A stretch of DNA of 63,886 nucleotides, the filler included, from Bigelowiella natans CCMP2755 (Eukaryota; Protista; Cercozoa): the NCBI GenBank assembly GCA_000320545.1. It is 4 parts of 4 records of this genome, joined end to end, with 100 filler letters (N's around TTAATTAATTAA, not from the genome) between each part and the next. Parts side by side here need not be neighbours in the genome. Positions count along the whole stretch, not along the records: positions 1 to 23,438 come from ADNK01001321.1; positions 23,539 to 33,904 come from ADNK01000644.1; 2 more parts are not named here. One strand, given 5' to 3'. The position numbers and the translations under genes were made by a program. The notes below the pieces were generated by a model that worked only from the letters and a program-made list of their open reading frames with translations, made no database searches and was not told where the DNA came from. Shown in pieces: positions 11,754 through 23,789 of this stretch. Numbering within the stretch: the first letter of the stretch is position 1; the number at the start of each line of letters is the position of its first letter.

Positions 11754-13977
11754 CTATCCTCTATTCCTACGATCTTCACACCCATTGAAACGAGGGTTAA
11801 ATTTTCCTTTTAATTGGGGAAGTTTCTTTTCAAACCGGCTACCGGGACAATGCTCTTGTATGTTAGTAACATGTCTTATTGGCGAGATTTGTTCATCTGT
11901 CGATACACATGATGAATCTTTCTCAAAATTCATGTGAGCAGAGCGTTCAAACATGCCCATGGTCATGAACTTCGGATTAGATGCTTTCTCCGTCAATGAA
12001 CCTCCATGACGAAGCCACTGTTTTCTTATCCACAGTACGAATTCTTTCTGTGTGATCTCTCCGGTCTGGCTAGTATTCACGCGAAGGAATGCTTTTCGAA
12101 GAAGCAATGCAACGTTTTTCCCTTTCTTTGCGGCTGTAGATAGGAATTCTAAACTGTTAGCAAATGCAACAAACTCAGAAATATCGAGAGTTCCTGAGTT
12201 ATCGACGTCAAACTGTTGGAACTTGAGTCCAACCCACATCTCAAACTGATCAAGCTTGCCAGAGCCGTCAAAGTCCATTCGTTCGAAATGCTTTCGGGTG
12301 TCTAAGAGGAAGGAAGCTTCAATTTTCCCCAAACGCATCAATGACATCTGTAAGAATCCCGCCCAGTCGACTTCTGAATCGTTCATGACAGTTGCTTCCT
12401 TCAGTTTCCTTAGTTTATTCCGTAGATTTTCGCTAGTTATCATCTTAATTTCCTCGTCGGTAGGCAAATTTTCCATGATGATCTTTGAATCACGTTTCCG
12501 AAATCTGTTAGCGATAGCTGCTGCTGCCTGAAACTTCTCTGGTCTTGCAGCCTTTCTGATTTTCTCTTTGGTTTCCGAGCGCGAATTAGATCGTGTGAGA
12601 CCAGCAGCAACAGCGAAGAGAATGTATCCGTAGAAAGGAATACCGAATATCATCCAAAGAGTTAAACCAAAAACTATTGGGTCTTCTTTATTTGGATTGA
12701 TGACAGGAGGTTGTAGACCGGCGGTGGATAGAGCTCCGATACTGAAGTATAAAGCCTTCACGAATTGAAACTTCTCCACTTCCATTGCATATGCAACTCC
12801 GGAAAAAACAATAAGGATGAACAACACCGACACAGCCACAAGATTAAGTACAACACGTGGAAGATGACATGTCTTATTCTCCTTCCTTTTCAATTTTCCG
12901 AGCTTTTCTGCGGCCTCATTGGCCCTGTCGGCTTCTTCAAGAAGGTCTTCATGCCAGGATTTTGAGTTACTGATAAGCTTCTTCATGATTAGCGAGAGAA
13001 CGTATACGATAAACGATGATCCAATGAGTACATGAACTATTGTGTACAAGCGACTGCCGTCATTTGGCTCAATAATTGCCCCAAAGCCGACAGCCATTCC
13101 CGCCTGAATTGCGTAATAGAAGGAAGCCGTAAACGCCCAGCCGTTGTGTTGCATGTAGAATAATACTGCAGCAGCTACCCACACCATCCACACAATCGCA
13201 AACACAACGGCAGGAGACTGAAAAAAGTGCTTGACTTCGACAAAACGTGAGGAGTTGTTGTTTTGCGAAAACGACTTCTCCACTCCAAAAAGGCTAAGGT
13301 CGAGTCGACTGTTAACATTGTTCTCATTTGCCTCGAACTGCATCTTAATAATCTCGTAATCCCTGTTTCCAGTTGCCATCGTCCTTGCCATGAAGTTGCT
13401 TCGTAAATATGCTATCCCAACATCCGTTTCATCTGGAACTCCATCGAGGGCACATTTGGTAGTGACTTGGCAAGATTTTGTACTAGGCCGTATTGATCTC
13501 GTGCTTTGTTGGATAGGCTTTATATTATTTGGGGCGGAAAGTTGCGAATGAAATCCAACTCTGGGTTTTTCCTGAAGACGGGTTGCAATTTTTTTTCCTG
13601 AGCTGAGCTGTCCTTCGGAACCCTTCTCGCATATTGGAGCCATTTCAATCCGCTTTGCACATTCTGTATTTTTCCGATAAGCCTGAAGATGATTCAACCT
13701 TAATACGAACTCATAATTTTATAACTCTCACGTTGCTTACCTTCACGACTTGTAGTCTTACTGCAGATGAAGACCTACTTGCTTCCTTCTTGGATGGTGC
13801 AAGTGATCTTCCTTTTCCCATTGGGGAGACGGAGAGGGGCATTTCCGAGCCATTTGATGATCTATCTGTCTTCGCAGTGAGAATACTTTTTAAACTTTTT
13901 GCTGCATCTTCATTTTTTGAGGGAGCATCAGAAGGTCCCAGAACCCGACTCAACTGGAGCGAGGAATGCTCTAGCAT
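11754..13977 (-). CDS. Two-pore-domain (4TM/2P, TPK/K2P-like) ion channel with C-terminal EF-hands; 5' end uncertain
   Basis: 647-aa ORF with TM-P1 (SFYYAIQAGMAVGFGAI)-TM-TM-P2 (ALYFSIGALSTAGLQPP)-TM, then EF loops DFDGSGKLDQFE, DVDNSGTLDISE and NTSQTGEITQKE. An in-frame intron (VVK|gtaagc...tcttcag|AYRK) joins it to the upstream exon at about 13741-13977. Confidence 0.85.
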
Positions 13978-14006
13978 GACCTTTAAGTATTGGCAGGCGA
14001 AGAGGT

Positions 14007-14074
14007 CACACCTTTTCTCTCCCACGGCTTCTTTATTCCGGGGGAACCCACACCTATTCGCTCCCACGGCTTCT
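14007..14074. repeat. 26-bp imperfect direct repeat with 42-bp period
   Basis: cacaccttttctctcccacggcttct (14007-14032) versus cacacctattcgctcccacggcttct (14049-14074); 24 of 26 positions are identical. Confidence 0.9.
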
Positions 14075-14822
14075 CTGTCGGTAACTTAAAAGAAATATGT
14101 GAGAACCGAGAGACGATTTTGAACATAGTTGCATTACTGTTTTATGCTGTGATTTCTACTTGCGACTTAGTCGAACTGCCTGTTTCCTATTGGAAACCTG
14201 TCTTTCTCGTTCTTGATGCTGCAGAGACACGGTTAATTTAGATCTGAAATTTGACCTTTTTCCGAGGGACTGAGCGGGACGGTACGTTCCGACATTTCTC
14301 CTAGATCTACATGGATCTACATCGCCAAGAAAACCACAAAAAAAAGTAGTAACGCCACTCTCTCTCGCATCAAGGAGAACAACAACAATCCCGGTTACTA
14401 CCACAGGAATCATCGGGATTCTGCAATGAAACTCACACTTCACATTTTTACGACACAAATGTTGGAAGTCGGAGAAAGAACGAACAGTCGAGTCAAGAAT
14501 TTAGGTCTTCGGTCCTTGTCGTACTGATCCCTGCGATTTGCTTTTGTATCGCAGGATCAATCTGCGACAAACCATAAAGATTGTCGTAGCCCTGTAAAAC
14601 CCTATTTCGAAAAAAACAGCTCTCCTGTCCTCCTCCCGCACTGCACTCACAGAAAACCCAAACAGCTCACGAAGCTGAGAAGAAGAAGAACAAACCCCTC
14701 CCCCTTCTCCGAGGGCGTTTCCCGTGTGTTTCTGGAAGAGGCTATACGTACACGGTTGTTAAGAGAGAGACTTAGGCATTACATTTTAGGGTTGAACTCT
14801 TCCTTCCCCACAGAGCAGCAAG

Positions 14823-15926
14823 ATGGACGCAACAAATGCACCACAGCTCATAGAGTACGCAAATAAGGGCGTTAATTTTACGCCTTTCACCACCAGATGG
14901 ATCCCATGCAGGTTTTACGCTCTTTCCCTTCTTAGAATGCTTGATTGATTATTGGTGCAGTGGTCTTCTTGGCTGAGTGGTGTGTGGCAGTGCTAGAAGA
15001 AGAGGAGCGTGGATGTTATGCCATTAGTATAAGTACGAATCATGTGTATTATTTGCACATCAGCCCTCGTTTCGTCTGCCTCGGGACGAATCCGCGCAAC
15101 AAAGGAGCAATGGGAATATACGAGCTCAAAAAGGGAGAGCTGAAAGAGACGACAATGGTGTGTACAACCTAAGGAAATATGCCTGGGTTACATATGCGAA
15201 AACTAATGGTGAGGTCATACATCAATCTCCTCTCTTCTATCAACTGTGATGCTACCAGGTGACAACCCCCGCTGGCCTGAAGTGTGGGACATTCGGTGCA
15301 AGCTTTTTCGAAAAACGCCAACTTGCGACTGGAGACTACGCAGGGAAACTTAATATTTGGTCGGTGTATATCCCTCCACAGATGATGGCTTCCCAGCATA
15401 TAATAATCTATCTTCGAACGTTTCTTTTTCTAAATTTGAAAGGAATTTTGACATGCATTGCACGAGTTGTTGGTTTTTAATTTAATCCCCTCCTCTAATT
15501 AGGGACATGTCAAACCTTAAGAAAGCGGTGTACAGTGTAAAGGTACTGCAGTCATGTATGCGTGCATGTAGAAGCATCTTTGTACAACTACTGTTTCTCA
15601 TCGTGCATAATATTAAAAATCATGCGTACTAAGTTATAATATTTCCCCCCCTCCTTCAGGCTCACTCAAGTATTGTAAACTGCATCGATGGAGTGGGGGT
15701 ACGGCAACGATGCAGATGAATTAATTAGTATTCGTGCTCGTCTTCATCGTCTAATATGCGAACTTCCACTAATAACACTACAGGGATTAAATATTGGAGG
15801 GGGTGCTCCTGAAATTGTGACCGGCAGCCGCGACGGTACACCTGCATGCTACAACGAAGCTTAATAGCAATGTTCCTTTTTACAACACACTCATCGTCTT
15901 TGGCTGGATCTTGCTCCTTTCCCATT

Positions 15927-15975
<49 letters not shown>

Positions 15976-16760
15976 TCCGAGTAGTGCGTACACGCAACTC
16001 GTTCAGTACTCAATAGGTCTACAAACAGCACATAATTTAAGCAGCTCAACCCAAATACTATGACCCCCTTGATGAAATATAGTTTGATACCTACTTTGAA
16101 ATATACATGATTACTTACGCCACAATCTCCTTCTCTTCATCTTCTGTGATCTAACTTAGGATGTGTGCGGGTGTGGGATCCTCGACAAACGGCACCAGTA
16201 TGTTCCATCGAGCCTGCAAAGGTAAGAAGAGCTCATGGTGGTGATGGTGGTGGTGGTGGTTGCAAAGATAGTGTGATGACACACACACATACGCACATAC
16301 GCACATACGCACATACGCACATACGCACATACGCGCACGCACACGCACAAATATATCCTCAAAAGTGATGAGCATTGTAATAATCGGTTTCCTGCTGCAG
16401 GGAGAGGATCCTCGAGAGTGCTGGGCTGTAGCATTTGGAAACTCGTTTAAGTAAGAAGAAGAAGGAAAAACGATGACGATGATGATGGTGATGATGATGG
16501 TGGTGGTGCTGTGAAAATACCAGCCATCAATGCATCCATCGACACTGCTTTTCACCTGTGTGATAAGGCCATGAGCCAGGCCCCCCTCCTCCTCCTACTT
16601 CTCTTACTCCTAATTTTCTCCTCTTCTCATCATCTTCTTTCCAATTCTTCTCCCCCCCCAACCTTCTCTTTGGTAGTGACCATGAGAGGATGGTGGCATG
16701 CGGTTATGACAACGGTGACTTGAAGATGCTGGATCTTAGAGCACAGAAATTGGTAATTCA

Positions 16761-16791
<31 letters not shown>

Positions 16792-17142
16792 TGCGCGCGC
16801 GCGTGTGTGTTCAAAACCAAAGGCCATCATGTAGGATTATGGCCTTCTAGCTTCTATTACTCATTGTTAATATTGTTATTATTTGATGATGTTTGTCGTA
16901 TTATTATATAGGTGTGGGAGTGCAACGTGAACAATGGAATCGTAGACATACAATTCGACAGAAAGGTATCATCATCGCTACGCACTTCTGGTTCAATGTA
17001 CGAGGAATGATGCTGATAGCGGAATAGGAAGGATCAGAAGACAGCGAGAATAACCATAACAAAAACATTAACAACTTGCACGTTCTGCATCACATCGTCC
17101 TTCATGTAACTGCCTCTTCCTCCTGGGAAGTCATAAATACCG

Positions 17143-17177
<35 letters not shown>

Positions 17178-17350
17178 ATATGTTGCTACAGGACATTGAG
17201 ATGAATAAGCTCATCGTGACGACACTCGAGAGCCGATTTCGGATATTTGACCTACGCACTTACCACCCTGAAGAGGGCTATGCATCTCTTTTGAAAAAGG
17301 TATCTATCTGGAAGGGGAGGGGGGGGGGGCCTTCAAGTTGATTTGCTTTC

Positions 17351-17389
<39 letters not shown>

Positions 17390-17435
17390 GTTATTCCTCC
17401 TCCTTGTCCCCACCCTCTTCTCCTCTTGCTGTTAA

Positions 17436-17470
<35 letters not shown>

Positions 17471-17516
17471 GACGAGAATCATCTGATGTTGTGACTACTT
17501 GATTATCACCAACCCT

Positions 17517-17551
<35 letters not shown>

Positions 17552-18801
17552 AATAGTCTCATAAGTCTACAGTTTGGGTTGGCGCTCATCTACCTCAGGT
17601 AGTACTAGCGAAGCGAGCGGTGGTGGGGGGGGGGGGAGGGGAGAGATGATGGGAGGAGGACAAGGAGAGTGCTGAGAGAAAAAAAGAAGGAAGATGATCA
17701 AAGTGAGCAGACTGAGCTCGTTTTTATTTTTTCGTTGACATTGTGGTCTCTGCACAGAATAGAGAAGTTATGATGACACTTGGAGGAAATGGAACGCTAA
17801 ATCTCTGGAAATAGTACTATGAAACACCATCCAAATCCCCCCCCCCCCCACCCCTAGATGACTGCAAAATTCTGACCTTTCTAATGGGATGGCAATTTCT
17901 AGTAGTTTAATTTAATCATCATAGTTATGTGCGAGTACACATCATCATCATCATCATCATCATTGCTTTCCTTATCACTCTCGTTGCGTGATTATCTTCT
18001 CACCACCACTATTTGTGTGATTGACACATGATGATCATCGACAGCTGTTACCCTAGCAAGAGGAGAGAAGACGACGGCAAAGGCAATCCTAGAGGTAAAC
18101 AAGGGTAAACACCTGCTCATAGTCGTCTGTTTACTAAATATTCACAATAGCTCAATATCGTGTTGATGATGATAAGAACAACCTTCATCCCCGTGCATTT
18201 AAAAATGGTGTCGATAATGTAGCTTCCTTGTCGTAAGTAGCAGCCTGCGTGACACACACCTCGAGATCTTCATAGCATTATATCAGCATTTCCTAGCATC
18301 ATACCGATCATTTCTCCAGCCCGTCTCCCTCCCCCCCCTCTCATCTCCCAACGAAATTAACCCCCCATTATTGGTCCTCTTGTCATGTCAAAGTAGTGCG
18401 CCGTGATTGATGCGATTTTACGTCGGCTTTGTGCTGCTTTCCGCTATGAACACGCTACTGCTACTACTACTACTACTACTACTACTACTCCTACTTAGGT
18501 GTGGTTGGTAGTCTGGAGCTGCTCAACTCGAAAAGATTCTCTGAGCAACCCATTGTTTCCTTTGACTGGAGCATGGACAAGCCAGGTCTTGATGGTGGTG
18601 ATGGTGGTGATGGTGGTAGTAGTAGTAGTGCTGCTGGTGCTATTTTTGACAGAGGAGGTTGTTTAGATAGATATCGTAGAATAGTAATGCGAATTCCTCA
18701 CCGTATTCTCCTATTTATTTACCCACACAGGCCTGTGCTCGATGTGCTCGCTTGACCAACAAGTACGGGTGGCAATTGTAACAAAGCTGAATAAATTGTG
18801 A
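14823..18801 (+). CDS. WDR92: WD-repeat protein WDR92 (axonemal dynein assembly factor/R2TP associated), many introns
   Basis: Spliced exons give [163 protein letters not shown], collinear with the WDR92 sequence I recall. Confidence 0.95.
16286..16336. repeat. Intronic 8-bp tandem repeat (acatacgc)n
   Basis: About six copies of acatacgc inside a WDR92 intron. Confidence 0.9.
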
Positions 18802-19890
18802 ATTTATGATGCATGCAAAGTTGCGTTATCAGGGAAGAATGAAGAGATCCAAGACTAATATATTATATTATATTATGTTGTATGTAATCTAGCAGCTAGC
18901 AGACACTTTAATGAAATAGTGTCAATTATGCAGCGATGCAGAAAAACTGCATATACCTGCTGCGCTATATCGATCATTGTACCATGCTAGCATGCGCTAC
19001 CTAGCCTGCACGGCATCCTCGTCTTTATCATCTTCTTGCCCTAATATGAAGCGTTGTGTGCGTGGTAGTCTAGGTAGTACCCGTCCCGTTGGGGGGGGGG
19101 GGGGGGGGAACTAAGTAATTCGTATTCGTATTATTTCATAAGGATTTACCCATCCACCTCCTACAAAAGGAATCAATGTGCACGGCGCGTGCAGCGCATA
19201 GAGCTCGCACATAAAAGCGACATGCTTCATGGCATGCAGCTTCGAGTTTAAATTGTTTAGTACGTATATAGTATCACGTTGTCTATCATGCTAACTAACA
19301 AGCAACTTTACTTTGTTCAATGACGACGCTGAAAGACTAATAAGTCAAGCGTCGTACGTACTAGCAAGCTTGCTTTGATTCATAGCCATTTTTGGCCAAT
19401 CTAGCAATGTAAACGCCACGATTAGTGATTTAAATCGCGGGTACAGGTGTATAGAGATACACCTGCCTGATTATATAGATCCATCCAAATCTGGACTCAG
19501 TAGCTATTCGCAACATGCGAAGAGCTCGATCATAGGCGCAATATTAGCCATAGCGTGTACAACGAAAGTCGCTGGCTAGAAATGGCAGCAAAGCAGATTC
19601 GTTAGCACATATATGTACTGCTGCAATATATATGCTAAGAAGCAGAGCATCCTGACATGCACAATCTGGCTCAAAAACCATTGAATACTCGGAGTTTATC
19701 TCCTTGCAGAGCTCCATGGAAAGTACATGGTGCGTATCGCAGTCACAACCGTTTCCTCCACGCTATAATCTATCTGACGGTACTGCGCCTTTTAGCAACT
19801 CGAAGCCCATTATTTCGGCAATAACCCTTCCCAGAAGGCCTGCTGCTTCGAATGACTATTCAAATGATAGAGCGGGGTTTTGCAAATAAA

Positions 19891-19962
19891 TCAGATTCTT
19901 GCTGCTGCTATACACACCACATGCGTTGGTCGATCAATTCTGCTGCCATGGTTAATAAGGAA

Positions 19963-19995
<33 letters not shown>

Positions 19996-20079
19996 GACCG
20001 TATTCGTAGTACCTATGCTCCTCACAGTTGCAGAATTTCCTGTGTTCGACGCACACAACCAATAATTCAACCAGAAACT

Positions 20080-20119
<40 letters not shown>

Positions 20120-21239
20120 CCCCCCTATCTTCGCTTTTTTCCAAGTCTTTGTTCTCCTTCTCTCTTTCCTCCTATTTCTGTTCCTTCACCCATTTTCATA
20201 TAAAATGCAGGTATAAGCTATTCACGTAGAAAGACCTCATTTTGTTTGCCTCATGTTGCCATTCAAGCAAGTTGTCCTGGGGGGGGGGGGGGACCGCGGG
20301 AGAGCACAACAATTGTAGTAATTCAAATGATAATAATAATCACCATCATCGTCAGTATCATCACCACCACCACTGCCACCAGCGAAGTAGAAGTAATCTG
20401 CGACTTTTCTTGGCGGTGTGCTATGAAGGTGAACGTTATGCGTACGATCTAGATCCAACACCTTTCTCTTTAAGCTATCAGGGTGTGTAGAGAGAAACTC
20501 TGGCGTTGTCTGTCCTGCAGCTTTAGATTTATCTGAAGTGAAGAACAAAGAAGCATTATGCATTAGAGAAAGAGAAAGAGAGGAAGGGGGGGTGGGGAAT
20601 ACGAAATCATGAAATATGCATGTACAACACCTGCCATCTTTTGCCACAACACGGGTGCCTAAGTATCCGATAGGATGACGACGAGTGTTGTTATTGTTGT
20701 CGATGATCATGATGATAATGATGATAATGGTGATAATAGTGAGAGTGCAGCACCTTTACTGTGATGATGATGATCTATTAAAACCACTAGTATTTCATCT
20801 ACAGTTCGTCCCCAGCACAATGCCTCCCCCCCCCCCCCCATCGTATCGCATGCATAACTGTACTCTCTCTCTCTCTCTCTCTCTTAAACCCTCCTTCTTT
20901 TTCTATACTGATATCAACTTGATGTCAAACGTATACGACGCAACCTGCTTTGGATCAAAGCAAGCTGCGCTAGCTAGAAGTAGGCCAAGATAGTCGGCTT
21001 CCGATTCCTGAGGGGATTTCAGTAAACGATGACGACAAAATGCAAACATAATAACCTCTATGGAAAAGAGTGTAGAACTTGATAACAACATACTACACAT
21101 CCCTGATGGTAACTGCATGTTGTCCGAAGACGGAGTGCGAATTTCATCGCTATGGCTGGGTTATTTCTGCCTTGAATCTTACGCGAATTGAGCTCCGTAT
21201 TTTTTAGCAAATGGAGATTTCGAAGTAGCAGGATGCAGT

Positions 21240-21271
<32 letters not shown>

Positions 21272-21527
21272 TAGTAGTAGCTCACAAGCTGCATAACCAT
21301 CACCTGTTCCCGGGTGTTTGGTAGTGAAAGAATTACGTTCAGCATTGTCTGCTGAACTGCCTGCAATGGTATATACAATATTTGCATTTAATTGTTATTC
21401 TTCATATTCACCAGCAGCAGCAGCAGCAGCAGCGGGGCTGACCTCAAACCCGAAAATAGCACGGAAGTTGAGGAAATCGAAGAAGCCTGTGCATCGACGT
21501 TTGGGGTAATGAATAGTAATGAGATTG

Positions 21528-21558
<31 letters not shown>

Positions 21559-21829
21559 CCTCTACACATATGTACTGGTAGTAGTAGCGGTAATATCAGT
21601 AGTAAAGGTTGTGGTACTACTTCTCTATCATAATACTACTAATAATACCATCAGGCATCAGCCCCCAGATAACGAAGCTAAGAGCAGATTGCGTGGCCAG
21701 AAGTACTTGACTTTTACTAAATTGAAAGAGCGTGGTGGTAGCAGTGATGATGATGATGATGATAAGGATGATGATGGTAAGGGGGGGACAATATGCCGCC
21801 ACAACTGAACGTAGCTACCACTACCATTA

Positions 21830-21869
<40 letters not shown>

Positions 21870-22460
21870 ACAAAGGTGCCTAGACCTCAATCTTTCTCCT
21901 CCATGACGCAACAGGGCATGGGAGATCTCATGGCCTGAAGTATTATTATTATTATTATTATTAGTTGTAGTAGTAGTAGTAATGCTTATGGCAGTGGGAA
22001 AAACAGTAACAACTGCAATCACAGGATATGATAAGGATCGATAAAGCATCATCTGGTCTTAAATTCCATTCTTCCTCCCCCCCTCCCCCCCCCTCCTCCT
22101 CCTCCTCCTCCTCTTCCTCCCTGCTTCTGTTCCGGCCCCCTCCATTCCATACTACCGATGACACAAGCCAATTGTGACTCCCCTGTCAATATCATCACGG
22201 TATTCGGATAAACACGTCAAAATCAGTAGTTGCAATTTGGAAGAGAGTACTCATAGTTATACACGGCACCAACAACAGTCTTTGTATTGATTTTTAATCT
22301 GCCTCTTCATTCTTTCTTTGCACTCTTCTTCTTCTTCTTCTTCTTCTTCTTCTTCTTCCCCCCCTTCTCATTTCCATAATTTATCATGTGTTTGCGCTGG
22401 TGGAGCAACGTTACATACCGTCCTCATCACTCCCACAGAGATCTAGTAACCCCTGCAGTT

Positions 22461-22494
<34 letters not shown>

Positions 22495-22552
22495 GATGCG
22501 TGATCATAATACTAATCATGTGGGAATCATCAAAAGTCAAATTTTACTGGAA

Positions 22553-22583
<31 letters not shown>

Positions 22584-23200
22584 GTGTGCGTTTTAAATGA
22601 TGGAGAGAGATAGATAGAGATAGAGATAGAGATAGATAGAGAGAGAGAGGGATGAAGGAGAGGAGGACGACGATGGTATTGACTACTATGTAACTTTCTA
22701 CTCTCAGCGTGCAGCAGTGATCGTAGTGGGAAAATGATTTGGTGCTACGTACATAAGCAGTCGTAGTCGTAGTAGTAGTAGTAGTAATAGTAGTAGTAGT
22801 AGTAGTAGTAGATGTAGTAATAGGAGGAGGAGGGGAGGGGGCAACTGCAAGTACCGTGAAAACATATATCTCTCCATTTGGCAGAACATGTGCATTTGCA
22901 ACTCCAACGTCGACCTGAAAATCAGCAAAAACGACAAACACCAAACGGCATATTTGCATATATCTGGTACAACGAGTGCACACCATAAGATGCTCATTGT
23001 CTCAAGTAGCAAGAACGCATTCTTGTTCTTCAACAATCAACAAGGATCGACATGGCCGCCAACACAGAAAGCAGGGACTGGCAGACAACAAGACTACGAT
23101 GAGAATGCAAGAGGGTGATGATGGCTTGTGCATGCTGCTTTTGCTACTATTATTACCACGGTGACTGACCATTGCATGGTTTCCAATATACCATCCCTAC
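19891..23200 (-). CDS. OMA1: OMA1-like peptidase M48 zinc metalloprotease; 5' end lost in low-quality sequence and gap
   Basis: Spliced: VDVGVANAHVLPNGEIYVFT|GLLDLCGSDED|GESQLACVI|GHEISHALLRHGGERL|SKSQ..|..SLPNTREQ|ESEADYLGLLLASAACFDPKQ|APVLWQKMA|DKSKAAGQTTPEFLSTHPDSLKRK|DNLLEWQHEANKMR|KFCNC. HExxH, ExEAD, PEFLSTHP and the C-terminal CxC are all present. The last exon and stop codon are tentative. Confidence 0.85.
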
Positions 23201-23438
23201 AAAAGTACCGTTTCAAGCGGAGGAGGAGGAGGAGGAGGAGGGGGGGGGGGGGGGGGGGGGGAAAAAGGAAAAAGGAAAAAAAGGGGCCCCAGGGGGCCAC
23301 TAAACTCCTCCACAACCAAAAAAATGGTGGGGAGGGTTCGCCAATTTATTCTCACCCTTTGCCCTCCGAAGCTTTTTTTTGGAAACCCAAAGAAAAGCCC
23401 AAAAAAAAAAAAAAAGGGAAAAAAGGGGGGGGGGGGGG

Positions 23439-23538
23439 NNNNNNNNNNNNNNNNNNNNNNNNNNNNNNNNNNNNNNNNNNNNTTAATTAATTAANNNNNN
23501 NNNNNNNNNNNNNNNNNNNNNNNNNNNNNNNNNNNNNN
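23439..23538. other. Assembly gap with artificial six-frame stop linker
   Basis: 44 N + ttaattaattaa + 44 N. Confidence 0.97.
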
Positions 23539-23581
23539 GTCTCTCTCTCTCTCTGTTTCTCTGTCTGTATATCTCTATCTC

Positions 23582-23693
<112 letters not shown>

Positions 23694-23789
23694 TATTATC
23701 ATGTCAGGAGAGATATAAACGAATATCGTTGGCAACATCTTCCCAACTCCTCATGCTGTCACTGTCTTAAAGAGACCCAGTGATATTAC

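Noticed and set aside
3779-18801. Two cilia-related genes (TMEM216-like and WDR92) within 15 kb
   Set aside because: They are separated by unrelated genes; chance proximity is the simplest explanation.
23220-23438. G- and A-homopolymer-rich stretch resembling a G-quadruplex or Lys/Gly-rich ORF
   Set aside because: Looks like degraded read-end sequence following a poly-G run next to a gap.
23483-23494. Identical palindromic TTAATTAATTAA in the centre of all three gaps (also 33949-33960 and 61998-62009)
   Set aside because: Exactly centred between 44-N runs and giving stops in all six frames, so it is an artificial scaffolding linker.
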